Positions 20,725 to 32,118 of a DNA stretch of 64,000 bases are shown in pieces. The stretch spans positions 558,001-622,000 of the forward strand of contig NW_026515637.1 in assembly GCF_000738915.1 (NCBI RefSeq), given 5' to 3'. The translations under genes and the position numbers were made by a program. Origin of the DNA: Nematocida ausubeli. Taxonomy: Eukaryota. The notes beneath the pieces are model-generated. The model saw only the letters and a list, made by a program, of their open reading frames with translations, ran no database searches and had not been told where the DNA came from. Within the stretch, counting starts at the first letter, position 1; each line of letters opens with the position of its first letter.

Positions 20725-21780
20725 TTATTTATGCTCTTTTCTTTTCTTCTGTTTGGAGATGTATGCAGGATGTGTTTTATCAATATTAAAGTCTGGGTTG
20801 TTTTCCTTTGCAAACCGCTTGTCGTCGCCAACCAGAACTGCCTCACTGCTCTCTTCCATCTCCTCATCGCCACTTGACTCCATTGCAATGTCTTCATCGT
20901 CCACAGACTTATTATGAGTCTTGCTCTTTTCCACAGGCTCTTTTATGCTCTCCAACTGGTCTTCATCCTCGCTCTTTTGCTGTGGAATCTCCATTTGCAT
21001 GGCCTTCTTGTAGTATTTCTGCTTTTCCTCATCATCTGACGCATCTATGAGATTGTCTGCTACATCAAGGTCAATTTCGTTGACAAACAGATCCTTTAGG
21101 TATCTGTCCCGCACTGGGTCCTCATCCCATCTTAGCTGCGGCTTTGTACTGTAGAGCGGGTTCATTGGGATTCTGGCAATTTTCTCTGTTGACTGTGTGA
21201 TTTCCTCAACCAGCTCATCGTCAATGACAAATCCACTGGGAATAAACCGAGCATCAATGTAGTTATGCGTGTTCTCTATCTCCTGCCCATCAATGGAAGT
21301 GTAGAGCTCTTTTCCTATCTCTTCGTTTTCTACCTCTACCACTGCATAGAAATACTTCATTTTCTTTTTTATGTACTCTCTTATTTCCATTTCCTGTGTC
21401 TCGTCATTTATTTTAAGATTCATAATTGCCAGCTCATCGTGCCCTTCAACTGCCATCTCCCTGCTTCCAAGCTTGGTCTTGTACAGCGAAACTTTCTTTA
21501 TTTGCCCTTTTGGGACAAATGCATTTATAACTCTGTATATTTCATGCACACCAATTGACTCCCAGTCTACATTTAGTATTGCCACTCTGGAGGACGTGTC
21601 TCCAAGAGGAACATCTCGCTGCGGAAGCAAGTCTTCCGGTTTTATTGGAATTGCAGTTTCCTGAATCTCCTTTATCCCATCTGTGTTTTCTTTTCTTCTT
21701 TTTTTATCATCTGTAGAAGGCTTCTCTGAATTAAACTTCTTCTTTTGGCCACTGCGCCCGGATTCTGTGCTATATTTCAT
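20725..21780 (-). CDS. ESF1: Pre-rRNA-processing protein Esf1
   Basis: TSSRVAILNVDWESI, YFYAVVE...DGQE...DARFIP, LRWDE, and C-terminal NUC153-like DDKRF...PDFNIDKTHPAY. Confidence 0.85.
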   Translation of the reverse strand: MKYSTESGRSGQKKKFNSEKPSTDDKKRRKENTDGIKEIQETAIPIKPEDLLPQRDVPLGDTSSRVAILNVDWESIGVHEIYRVINAFVPKGQIKKVSLYKTKLGSREMAVEGHDELAIMNLKINDETQEMEIREYIKKKMKYFYAVVEVENEEIGKELYTSIDGQEIENTHNYIDARFIPSGFVIDDELVEEITQSTEKIARIPMNPLYSTKPQLRWDEDPVRDRYLKDLFVNEIDLDVADNLIDASDDEEKQKYYKKAMQMEIPQQKSEDEDQLESIKEPVEKSKTHNKSVDDEDIAMESSGDEEMEESSEAVLVGDDKRFAKENNPDFNIDKTHPAYISKQKKRKEHK

Positions 21781-21800
21781 CGCAAATTTTTTTCAATGTG

Positions 21801-22793
21801 ATGCCTTCTATAAGAAAAATAAAGCAAAGAATTGAAGCATACAAAAGCACGGTCGCTCTGCTAAACAATAAAATCCGAAGACTCGAAACAAAAGTTGGCG
21901 GGGGATCAGAAAATCTGCAGGATAGTATTGAGGAGGGGGAAATCCGGAAGAAAACAAAAGAAAAAAGAAAGAGGAGGCTTGACGAGTGCAGCAATGAAAT
22001 AAAATTGCTGGATATTGAGGATAAGGCAAAGAACAGCATGCCAGACGCTCTCAAGGAGATATTCGACACGTTTAATATAATGGACCAGTCTGAAATAAGA
22101 AGGATATTCTTAAAACTACTGCCATATTTAGACAACTCCTTAAAGTATGTCATTCTCCACGACATTATTCTTTTCTCGCGGGACCTAGACAAATACTCTC
22201 TGGTGTACAGTATTCTATACCATGATGCAATTGAGAAGGATGGAAGCGAGGTAAGCGATGTGCTTGAGACCATTTATTACTATAGCATTGCAGAGGAAGC
22301 AGTTGACGGACTGAAGAGCAGGTGCATTAGCATTCTTGAGAAGTATGCAGGACGGCCTGTTTTTATTGACGGCCAAGTGGCAGCTGAAGTATTTGATGCA
22401 GTCACCTCCATTCGCCTCTACTCAAAAGTGCTGGACTGGTGCTGGACGTACAATGAATTTATTCGGGATATTCTGCACCCAGAGCTGAAAAAGCCAGATG
22501 GCGCGTTTGCAGTTCTTGTGCTTTCCGCCATATATGCCGAGTGGACTAAGTCTCTTTCTCCACACAAGAGTCTGGAGTATGTCATTCAGATCCTTGACAA
22601 AGTGGCAGGCGTGGGAACTGGAGAAGAGATCATCCCATCAATGCACTCAATTGAGGCCCAGCTAGCAAGTGCTATTATGCTGCGCCAGTTTAGGCCTGGG
22701 GCTTCTGTTAAGTGGCACAGAAAAAGAACGGACGATGCGCCGCTGGAAACATCAAGATTAATCGATGATGTCTGGAAAATATCATTTTTGTAG
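21801..22793 (+). CDS. Hypothetical protein (N-terminal coiled coil, helical C-terminus)
   Basis: Long ORF with coding-like composition. Confidence 0.75.
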   Translation: MPSIRKIKQRIEAYKSTVALLNNKIRRLETKVGGGSENLQDSIEEGEIRKKTKEKRKRRLDECSNEIKLLDIEDKAKNSMPDALKEIFDTFNIMDQSEIRRIFLKLLPYLDNSLKYVILHDIILFSRDLDKYSLVYSILYHDAIEKDGSEVSDVLETIYYYSIAEEAVDGLKSRCISILEKYAGRPVFIDGQVAAEVFDAVTSIRLYSKVLDWCWTYNEFIRDILHPELKKPDGAFAVLVLSAIYAEWTKSLSPHKSLEYVIQILDKVAGVGTGEEIIPSMHSIEAQLASAIMLRQFRPGASVKWHRKRTDDAPLETSRLIDDVWKISFL

Positions 22794-22865
22794 TGTGCTG
22801 CATGCAGGTTTATATGCGAAGTGGTAAAACCGCAAGCGAGTGTAAATTTTTTTTACAGCAATAAA

Positions 22866-23810
22866 ATGTTCAATAAAGAAACAATTGAATCGCTACCATC
22901 TGAGGCCAAAAAGGAGTTATCATCGCTGGCAGAGAGATACAAAAAAGGAGAGATTAATGCATCTGAGTACAAAAAATGCTGCACTGATGTGATAATGGAG
23001 CACAGCGAGGGCAAGGACGAGGAGGAGCAGCCGCAGGAGATTAGACGAGGAAGGCCCTCTGCAAAGGACGATCAGAAGCCCGAGTATATGAGCGATATAA
23101 TCCACTATGCAGGGGTTAATCTGAAGGAAGAGGCTCTCCACATTGCAAACGAGGCTGAAGACAGCCTTCCTTTTGATGACATGAAGGGGAAGGTCTACGA
23201 TTACAAAAATGCAATGGAGTCTCTGTTTGATGTAAGAATATATAGCTACTTTTTAGAAAAAATAAGCAAGCTTCGAGAAATTGGGGTGAGCGATGATGCC
23301 TCCAATCTTCTTTTCCAGGCTGCTAAGAGAAAAATCCTGGATCTTCTTGAAAAAATGATACAGCAAAGCAAGGTGCGCATGGACATTTCGAGGAATGACT
23401 ATTTAATTCGAATCGAAAACGACAGGCGCCGGCAGATGTGGTTTTTAGAGCAGGAAGAAAAGCTTGAAATGGATAAATACAGGCAGAAAAAAGAGGGCGA
23501 CGAGGCAGACGGAAAGAAGAAGTGGAGAAAGGCTCTCCAGGATCGAGAAGATCTTATCATTAAAAAGCGCCTGAGCAATAATGTGGCCTTGGCTGCGCTT
23601 GGGAGCCAGCCAAAGAGCTGGATGTCAGCCAGCACACAGAACACAGATGATGGGTCTACTCCGTATCTAAATCTCTTCCAGGGCTCTGATGAAAGGTCTC
23701 AGAAGACCAACAATGCTAGAATAATTATCAAGGATGACTTCTTGAATGTTTTGTCACGGGATAAGCGGTATAACAAATCAATCTTCACTATAAAACATAC
23801 TTATCTGTAA
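22866..23810 (+). CDS. TAF4: TFIID subunit TAF4
   Basis: DIIHYAGVNLKEEA, a histone-fold region, SNNVALAALG, and C-terminal RIIIKDDFLNVL. Confidence 0.8.
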   Translation: MFNKETIESLPSEAKKELSSLAERYKKGEINASEYKKCCTDVIMEHSEGKDEEEQPQEIRRGRPSAKDDQKPEYMSDIIHYAGVNLKEEALHIANEAEDSLPFDDMKGKVYDYKNAMESLFDVRIYSYFLEKISKLREIGVSDDASNLLFQAAKRKILDLLEKMIQQSKVRMDISRNDYLIRIENDRRRQMWFLEQEEKLEMDKYRQKKEGDEADGKKKWRKALQDREDLIIKKRLSNNVALAALGSQPKSWMSASTQNTDDGSTPYLNLFQGSDERSQKTNNARIIIKDDFLNVLSRDKRYNKSIFTIKHTYL

Positions 23811-24139
23811 GATAAATGTCAAAATAAAGTTTGTGTGTTCTAGCTTCAGTTTCTGCTGTGCTTATATTGTTATGGTATTGTTATTTTAAAATGGGAAGTT
23901 AGAGTGCAGAAATAATGTGTGCTGCATCCATTGTCCGCGAATAAAGACTTTGCAGTAAAACCAGCCTTGCGGCTGTCTATTATATACAGATATAACCCGT
24001 CACATAACAAGAGTAAATAGTATTTTTATGTATATTTATTTAGATATTAGCATTCCTTTAATGCAGCTTACAAAACATTTCTTGCAATTCACCCTGCTCA
24101 CAGACTAAGATCTTTAAGCCGAGCATGCTAGGTGCCTTC

Positions 24140-24856
24140 TTATTGGGTGCTGCCCTTTGGAAGATACTTCAATATATCATTCCATCTGTTTATAAGAACA
24201 AAGTAGTTTTGGCTGTTGTTTTTTTTGAGCTTTGCAGTTTCTTCTTCGCCAAAGAACAAAGGAATGAAAACACCTATCAAAAACATGCCGCTGATTGCGT
24301 TGTATTTGAAACTTCTATACATATATATTAGTAGACAAAATAGAATTTGGATGTTCCTAACATTATATATGTTGTTTTTTACATATATCTCTTTGATAAT
24401 CATTGGAATCTGTGTCTTATCATATGTTGGAGAGATAATCTTCTTTAGAATTTGCTTTTTAATCAAAGGCCCAGAGGATTTCATTAGGTGCAGCTTGATA
24501 AACCCAAATACCTCTTCAGACGTGTGCCTACTGTAGTCCACGCTCTCAAACTGCTTAAAGCTTTTTTTCATGTCGGGGTTGAGCACAGGATGCATAAAGA
24601 TCTGCTTGTTTGTGTATGCATGTGTGTTTATAAGATGTAGAAGCGCATTTGTGGTTTCAGTCCTATACAAAAATCTCTTTCTTCTGCGGTATTTGGTAAA
24701 TGGAGAACATATTAGTTTTAGAATGCGCTTTAAGAAAGATGGGCGCGGCTCAATGGTTCTCACTGCCTTATGGAATCTGCTTTCCTTCACTGTGTCTGTG
24801 GGTAGTGAAAGATGCTGAAAGTACCTTTCTGTCTGTCCTTGCACGGCCTGTTTCAT
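24140..24856 (-). CDS. Divergent RhoGAP-like protein lacking the arginine finger
   Basis: KQIFMHPV ~ EGIFRxSG; VFGFIKLHLMKSSGPLI ~ VASLLKxFLRELPEPL; NAISGMFLIGVFIPLFF ~ NxMxxxNLAIVFGPTLL. Confidence 0.55.
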   Translation of the reverse strand: MKQAVQGQTERYFQHLSLPTDTVKESRFHKAVRTIEPRPSFLKRILKLICSPFTKYRRRKRFLYRTETTNALLHLINTHAYTNKQIFMHPVLNPDMKKSFKQFESVDYSRHTSEEVFGFIKLHLMKSSGPLIKKQILKKIISPTYDKTQIPMIIKEIYVKNNIYNVRNIQILFCLLIYMYRSFKYNAISGMFLIGVFIPLFFGEEETAKLKKNNSQNYFVLINRWNDILKYLPKGSTQ

Positions 24857-25844
24857 ATAGGAGTCTAAAAGTCCCAAGAAAAGCATCTTGGTCTCTCAAG
24901 CAGCCAATCATTGTGCAAAAGAACAGAAAAATCCTAAAGCTCCCTAGGAGAATCGCCAATGGAAAGTTAAGGGGTATAAGAACAGAGTAGACCATAAACA
25001 TCTCAAAGTAGGATATTTCACTTATATCCATAAATACTAGCTGCTGTGCCATGAGTGCATGCACTGCTGTTTTAAATTGGACTGGCTGTATGCTGAAACT
25101 GCCCATTGTAGCAAACTCTAAAAAGATCAAAAAGACTGCAATAGTAATAACAAGTAAGACATTTGAAGACAAAAATATGGCCCTATCATCAACTACCCAG
25201 TAGAAGTATACTCCAAGAGAGTGGCTGTACAGGTTATGTATATTGTGTAGAATTGCCAGCACGCTCTCCAGCCCATCTTCCGAGATTTTAAGGAATAGCC
25301 TATTAAATGTCAGATTTACCAATGCGCTTTCAGCCACTCCTGTCATAGGGGCTGTATACAGCCTGTCACAGAAGATTGAAAGAATGTCCGAGTTCACCTG
25401 CCACCCCTGATTTATAATGTACAGCAGTGTGTTGTCACTCTCTTCTATCTCAAGAACCAGGAAGTATTTCTGCATGTCTGCCAGAGAGCACTTTCCTATT
25501 TTAATGTCATATCCCTTTGTTCTATTTTTCATTTCCTGTGCTGTTCTGTGGACTCGTGCAATAAGCTCTGCTGAGCTACTGCTTCCGGTTAGTAGAATGC
25601 TGTTGTACTCGTCGTACTCGCTGTCTCTGTACTCTTGCACAGGAGCTACTTTACTCTCAGTGCACTTCACAGAATACTCTGCATGTTTTATTAGCTGGTC
25701 GCTATAACATGGTATTTCCTGCAGCGCTATTTTAGAGAAGAGGTAGAGCGTGGTAATACTTAATAAAGCTAGGATACTGCCTGTGGTAACTTGAACTCTT
25801 TCTTTTGTTTTAGTGGCATATGCCAATAGGTGCAAGATCAGCAT
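24768..25844 (-). CDS. GAA1: GPI transamidase subunit Gaa1-like
   Basis: N-terminal TM, lumenal domain with NQGWQVNSDIL (~NGQLPNLDL) and LESVLAILHNIHNLYSHSLGVYFY (~IExxxRSLNNLLERLHQSFFFY), then TMs. Confidence 0.55.
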   Translation of the reverse strand: MLILHLLAYATKTKERVQVTTGSILALLSITTLYLFSKIALQEIPCYSDQLIKHAEYSVKCTESKVAPVQEYRDSEYDEYNSILLTGSSSSAELIARVHRTAQEMKNRTKGYDIKIGKCSLADMQKYFLVLEIEESDNTLLYIINQGWQVNSDILSIFCDRLYTAPMTGVAESALVNLTFNRLFLKISEDGLESVLAILHNIHNLYSHSLGVYFYWVVDDRAIFLSSNVLLVITIAVFLIFLEFATMGSFSIQPVQFKTAVHALMAQQLVFMDISEISYFEMFMVYSVLIPLNFPLAILLGSFRIFLFFCTMIGCLRDQDAFLGTFRLLYETGRARTDRKVLSASFTTHRHSEGKQIP

Positions 25845-27148
25845 TTTAATATTACTTTTAAATGAGTTTATAATTAAATATACATAAAATAAAACTTGTT
25901 CACTCTGCCATTAATCCCAGATGTAAACAGGTTAGAAACTTAAAAGTTTTGCAAAATATAGAAAATTCTAAGAACTTAAGCTAAATATATGGCTGGGCTG
26001 GGATATTTGCATGCAACTCAACTCCATAGGTACTTCATAAGGGCTATTTTTATGTAAATAAAAAGTCAATCAAATTTAAGTGGACCAGCAAAAAGCAGAT
26101 ATTCTTTAAGGGCAGCATGCATTACCCAGGGTGTATAGTGTTTTCTAATGGTAAAGCATACAAAAAGAGCCAAAGAGTGGTTTATGCTCATAAAATTACG
26201 CAATTCAGAAACACAATTAAGAAGCATTTTAATAGAGAGCAAACACATAGGAGTGGCACGTATCGCCTTTAGTTGAAATGTAGAAGCTAAATACAAATAT
26301 CAATAGAAAAATAGTTTATTTACACTATTGATACATGTCAAAATGGACATTCCGTACATATATCTTTTTTAGCATTGTTCAGTGTTTTTTCTCTACACAC
26401 TGACCTATGTATTATTAATTTGCTGAATTATACCATCTAATTTGAAGATCCTTACAGAAACTTGGGATTATTTAAAATTATTCTGCAAATATGCAGGCTT
26501 CAGGGAAAATAGATGTCTATACTATAGTATAAATGCGCTTTCTCTTTGCTCTATATAAATTCGCACATATGCCTGGATATCTAGCATGTAAGAGTCTTGC
26601 ACTTTTCAGAAACAAGTAAATATTTTAGACTACCCATACATTCTATATATTAATTTCCTTATATCCATTTTAGGCATATTAAACAGAGCTATATGCCACC
26701 TACAGAAAAGTGCATTCCTTTTCTCTCTACCTAGAGTGCACTTTGCACATATATTTGAGTACACCCAGGCGTACAGACATGTAGTGTACTAGAAGCTGTC
26801 TATGCACTTTGGAGATTGAGAAAAAAGTTTCTCCTATCTAAGGTAGGCAAACCTAGACCGTGTCACTGTTGCTGTACCACACACATAATATAATACTTTT
26901 TCATTTAGAGCTAAGATGAAGCCATGGAATATTTTCTTGTAGAAAGCATGTTACATTGGATAGAATTGTTTGAAAAGGTTCTGCTGCAACAATCTAGAAG
27001 CTCTGAAACTTGATAGACCAATGGATACAAAAAATCGCACACACTCCAAGAGATAAAAAGAAACAAATAGAAGCCATGGTATCTGGCCAATAGAATCATT
27101 TTAAAAATATCTAAAAAACTATAAATACAGAAGTATTTTCATATTTGT

Positions 27149-29203
27149 ATGTGTGGAATATTTGGATATTGTAGCTACAATAAGACAGATAAAAAAATCG
27201 ATATACTGAAGATGCTAACCAATGGGCTCAAAAGACTTGAATATAGAGGATACGACTCAGCTGGAGTTGCTATAGAAGTCGACAATGAATACAAGGCATT
27301 CAAGAAGACAGGAAAGGTCCAGGCTCTAGTTGATCATATTGAAGAGTCCACTAAGAGCATCCAGGAGAAAACCTGCAATTCAAATGTAGGAATTGCCCAT
27401 ACTAGATGGGCTACCCATGGAGAGCCTTCTGAGACAAACTGCCACCCCATCCCAAGTAAAGACGATGAGTTCTTTGTTGTGCACAATGGTATTATCAACA
27501 ACTATAAAACACTAAAGGAGATTCTTGCAGGGCATGACCAGCCTTTCAAGAGTGACACTGACACTGAAAGCATTGCACAGGTAATACTTTTTATATACAG
27601 AAAGTGTATGGCTCGAGGAATTTCCATGAGCTTTGCAGAAATTGTAAATGAAGCAGTGCATCAGCTAGATGGAGCCTTTGCATTCCTTGTTGTGAGCAAG
27701 CACTTCCCTAATGAGGTGGTGGCTGCCAGGCGAGGAAGTCCCTTGCTGGTTGGAGTGCGTGGTACTTCAATTGTGCAGCAAGACTCAATTGATGTGATGA
27801 CCTCAAAAGAGCCAAGCATTTCAATTAGCACTCCGGTGGGCACCCCTAAAATAGGCCAGAAGGCTCCAGAGCTGTCTAGGTCTGTGAGCAGGGTGTTTGT
27901 CATGGAGTCTGAGAACAATGCACAGCCTTTAGAGATATTTTTCAGCTCTGATTCAGCTGCTATTATTGAGCACACAAAAACTCTGCTTACTCTAGAGAAT
28001 GGAGACATTGCACATGTGACCTCACGAGGGTTGGAGATCATCAAGATTGCGCCAGGCGGCAAGTCTTTCCGTCCTCTTGAGGAAGTAACAGGAACCCTTT
28101 GTGACATAATGAAGGGAAACTATGCACACTTTATGCTTAAGGAGATTCATGAACAGACAGACTCAGTTGTCAACACCATGCGAGGGCGTGTCAACTTTGA
28201 GGAGTCACTTGTGAAGCTAGGAGGAATTGGGGAGTGGCTGGACACACTTCGCAAGGCATCAAGGTTTGTGTTCATAGCATGCGGAACCAGCTCATATGCA
28301 TCTCTGCAGATGAGAGCTCTTTTCGAGGAGCTTACAGGAATCCCGTCTTCTATTGAGATAGCTAGCGACTTTAACGACAGGCTGCCGCCAATCTCAAGGT
28401 CAGACTGCTGCATCTTTGTAAGCCAGAGCGGAGAGACTGCTGACTCTTTAATTGCACTTCGGTATATTAAGGAGAAAGGCGCGCTCAGCGTAGGTATTAC
28501 AAATGTAGTTGGAAGCACAATCTCTAGGGAAACCGACTGTGGTATCCACATCAATGCAGGGCCTGAGATTGGAGTTGCAAGCACCAAGGCGTATACAAGT
28601 CAGTCTGTAGCGCTTGCTCTTCTTGCCATACAGATAGGGCAGAACAACATGCATACATTTGAAAGAAGAAAGCAGATAATAAAGGATCTGCAGAGCCTTT
28701 CTACCTCAATTAAGTCGGTTCTCAAGGATGAAGAAGGCCTGAAGGAGATTGCAGAAACCATGCTAAAGCCTGAGAAGAGTATTTTACTTCTTGGAAGAGG
28801 GTATCAGCTGGCTACTAGTCTTGAGGGGGCCCTCAAAATCAAGGAGATTACATACATCCACAGCGAAGGGATAGGTGCAGGAGAGCTGAAGCATGGACCT
28901 CTTGCTCTAGTTGATGAGAACAAGAGAATCATCATGATTCTAACTGACCCATCTGAGGGGAAGTCACAGAACTCATATGAACAGGTCATCACACGTGGAG
29001 GCAAGCCAATTGTGATATGTACAGAGCGCACTGCTAAACAGCTTGGAAATGCACTGAAGATCATTGTACCAGAGGTCTCAGATTGCATTCAGGGAATTGT
29101 AAATGTGGTTGTCCTTCAGCTGCTTGCATACTACACCGCAACAAGTCTTGGAATCAATGTTGACCAGCCAAGAAACTTAGCCAAGTCTGTGACAGTTGAA
29201 TAA
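27149..29203 (+). CDS. GFA1: Glutamine:fructose-6-phosphate amidotransferase
   Basis: MCGIFG, RLEYRGYDSAG, IAHTRWATHG, SQSGETAD, GVASTKAYT, ELKHGPLAL, PRNLAKSVTVE. Confidence 0.98.
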   Translation: MCGIFGYCSYNKTDKKIDILKMLTNGLKRLEYRGYDSAGVAIEVDNEYKAFKKTGKVQALVDHIEESTKSIQEKTCNSNVGIAHTRWATHGEPSETNCHPIPSKDDEFFVVHNGIINNYKTLKEILAGHDQPFKSDTDTESIAQVILFIYRKCMARGISMSFAEIVNEAVHQLDGAFAFLVVSKHFPNEVVAARRGSPLLVGVRGTSIVQQDSIDVMTSKEPSISISTPVGTPKIGQKAPELSRSVSRVFVMESENNAQPLEIFFSSDSAAIIEHTKTLLTLENGDIAHVTSRGLEIIKIAPGGKSFRPLEEVTGTLCDIMKGNYAHFMLKEIHEQTDSVVNTMRGRVNFEESLVKLGGIGEWLDTLRKASRFVFIACGTSSYASLQMRALFEELTGIPSSIEIASDFNDRLPPISRSDCCIFVSQSGETADSLIALRYIKEKGALSVGITNVVGSTISRETDCGIHINAGPEIGVASTKAYTSQSVALALLAIQIGQNNMHTFERRKQIIKDLQSLSTSIKSVLKDEEGLKEIAETMLKPEKSILLLGRGYQLATSLEGALKIKEITYIHSEGIGAGELKHGPLALVDENKRIIMILTDPSEGKSQNSYEQVITRGGKPIVICTERTAKQLGNALKIIVPEVSDCIQGIVNVVVLQLLAYYTATSLGINVDQPRNLAKSVTVE

Positions 29204-29916
29204 ACTGAAGCATTTAAATGAGTTTTAGGATTATCCTATTTTTTTTCTTATTTTGGAGCTCTAGCTATAATATTGCGTTCCATAGAAGTTCTTTTGTAGC
29301 ACAGTATCTGTAAAAGGTATTTTTGTGATGGAAGAAAAGACTGCCATATTTTATAACACGAATAGCTTTAATTGGCACATACTCGAGGAGTATTAGTATA
29401 AAATCCTGGCCATATAGTGCTTCTTGATTTCTAGTTCCTTAAATCCTTCTAAAAAAATATGTGGCAAAGGTATAAGATGCTTTGGAATCTATGAGTAGGT
29501 AGGCCCACTAAATAGTCTTTGAGAAAAAGACATTTTAAAAAATATCTTGAGTAAGAGCTTAGTTAGTCTATCTACTATTTAGAAATTTAGCAAAATATAT
29601 ATATACTTTTAGATCTAGGCCAACTTGTACTATCGCCTTAAATTACTGATTTATTTGTTCACCACCTTGCTATATAAATAGCAAAACCCAATAATAAGGC
29701 ACAAGCAACCTCTAAAACTTATAAAGAGACAAAATAAGCACGGTAATTCATGCGGTTAAGAAAACGATAAATATTTAAGAGCACAGCGTCTGCTAGTATG
29801 GCATATCTTTGGGACTGGTTGTTTTCTCTACTGGCCAGGTGTAGAGCCTGCGCTGCAGGAACCAGCTTGTGCTATTTTGCACATTAGTACTCCTTTTCAA
29901 TTTCTAAATTTTATTT

Positions 29917-30573
29917 ATGTCTGCTTTGCTTAATGAAATACTAAACACATTAAAGCTTTCGAATATATGCCGAGTGTCTGTGGGAGCATCCTCAATTCAG
30001 TTTGTTTCTGAAAGCCCAAAAATCACTGCTGTAAGCACTTGTGACTTTAATACATCTGGGTCTGGAGTATCGCACGTTTATTCAACTGAAGTTTTATTAG
30101 CGGGCATTTCGGATTGTACAAAGATCGAAGAGATAGATGAGTCACTTGTATTTACGCAAGAAACAGACACATACAAAATTGTAAATACAATACAGCCCCT
30201 GCTGCAGGATCTTTGGACATATGAGATCCCAGAGCAATGGAATACAAAAGTGATTGTGGAAGTGGATGCGTTTAAAAAGTTTATATTTTTACAACAGGAT
30301 ATAGAAACCTCCATTTATCTATCTGCAGGAATTTTGTATTTTCACAGCGAAGAAGCCAGCAATACAAGCATCATGCAAATAACCCACTTAGATATTCTGC
30401 AAGAAGGAACAGACCGAGTGACTGTTCACTTTGCATCGCTAAAGTATCTAAGCGGTCTTCTAGCTAGGTGCGAGAAAGTCACAATTATGTATACCAAAGA
30501 GTGTCTTTCTTTTGTGCTTATGTTTGAAGGAGATGCAGCGTATCATAGAGCTATTTTCAATGGAATAAGATGA
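29917..30573 (+). CDS. Hypothetical protein, possibly PCNA/9-1-1 clamp-like fold
   Basis: 218-aa ORF whose two halves show a helix plus beta-strand pattern reminiscent of sliding-clamp subunits. Product call is weak. Confidence 0.55.
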   Translation: MSALLNEILNTLKLSNICRVSVGASSIQFVSESPKITAVSTCDFNTSGSGVSHVYSTEVLLAGISDCTKIEEIDESLVFTQETDTYKIVNTIQPLLQDLWTYEIPEQWNTKVIVEVDAFKKFIFLQQDIETSIYLSAGILYFHSEEASNTSIMQITHLDILQEGTDRVTVHFASLKYLSGLLARCEKVTIMYTKECLSFVLMFEGDAAYHRAIFNGIR

Positions 30574-31398
30574 GTTCCAGCAACCAATGCAGATGTAAAT
30601 AACCTAGAAAGACTCTTTTTGCGTGCTGTGATAGCCTGTAAGTATGAAGACTTTTTTGTACACACTTATTAGCATTGAAACTGTTCTTTGCTCGCATAAG
30701 TAATATAAAACAGAGTCTGTATGTGTGTTAATACCAGCTAAACTCCGTTTGAATCCCTTTTTAGCACTATTTATATGCAGAAAACAAGATCTGACTTTTC
30801 CTGAACAAGACCATAGAATAAAATTAATAAGATTAGATAGTGAATATAAACAAGAATTTCCTTGACTTGAAGGCATGAAGTCCTCTCTCTGGCCCAGCAA
30901 TGTAGATTGATGCTAGTTATTGCCATCCCAGCATTTTGGCTGTAGACCAGCACGCTACAAAGAACTCTTCTTGTTTACGCACCAGAGACCTTGAATAGCT
31001 TAGACTTTTAACCCTTTATTTTTTATTGAATGAACAATTGATCATCTTCAGATAATATCATAAAAGATATTCTTCTCGAAGTTTCCAGAAGCTCTATGAC
31101 TAGATCTAATATTATTTTGGAGGAAGCCTATAAATAGCAGAAAATAAATATTACCAAGAATGAGTATAGATAAGTCTAATATATTAAGGGAGAAAACTTA
31201 GTTTGGCTAATAGTAGTTTATTAAGAAAAAGCCAGCAGAGATAAAGAGGACTCTATTTTATATGGAATGTAAATATTAATATATGCTTTCTTAAACTATA
31301 GTTTCTGAAAATAGACAATAGAACTTTTTATAGTTAAATTAGTCATTAAGCGTACTTATTTATATGTATATATTAGGTATGCGTGAGAATAAGCACAA

Positions 31399-32118
31399 AT
31401 GATTCACATTTCAACCAATACTTATGATGATATTGCTAATGTTGCAGAGACAGCTAATCAGAAACAAGTCATGGTAGACAGGCAGTTTTTGAACAGACAG
31501 GAAATATCTTTGTATGAAACTGCTGTGTATTTTACCAAGTTAATAGTTTCTATTTCTGCTCTGTCTGTGGCAATGCTGTACAACTACCACCTTCTATCCA
31601 GGCTACACTCCAAAGACATTGCTGGGGTTTTGAATCTTCTTTGCATTCTGTCTTCTGCTCTAGTTACTTTTGTTGCCTGGAACGACAGCGAAGGAAAAAA
31701 CAAAGGAAAACTCAGGACTGTTGAGAACACAGTTGTGTCCATTCTGTTTTCTCTGATTCTGATCATTCCTGGCGTGCTTCTCGGCAACCCATGGCTGTCT
31801 CTTATCACCACAAATATTCTCACTTCTACTGCTGAGTACCCGTTCATGCTGTTTGCCCACGCGTTTTTCTTTGCTGCAAAGTATGTCTGCCCAGAAAGTG
31901 CGCTCATCACGGCCTTTAATGTGTTCCCTGCTTTAATTGCTCTGGTATCCTTGGTTGAGTATGAAGTGTCTGCGTTCTACAAAAAGAAGCTCAGAAGCAC
32001 AGGGTCTCTTCCTGTCTCGGCTACTACCATTTTCACAGGTATTCTTTTCATCTTCTCTGTAGTTGCTTTGGTATTCAACCTACACACGGTGCATGCTGCC
32101 CAAAGCATCAGCTTGTAA
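31399..32118 (+). CDS. Multi-pass membrane protein, unknown function
   Basis: About 6-7 hydrophobic segments. Confidence 0.75.
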   Translation: MIHISTNTYDDIANVAETANQKQVMVDRQFLNRQEISLYETAVYFTKLIVSISALSVAMLYNYHLLSRLHSKDIAGVLNLLCILSSALVTFVAWNDSEGKNKGKLRTVENTVVSILFSLILIIPGVLLGNPWLSLITTNILTSTAEYPFMLFAHAFFFAAKYVCPESALITAFNVFPALIALVSLVEYEVSAFYKKKLRSTGSLPVSATTIFTGILFIFSVVALVFNLHTVHAAQSISL

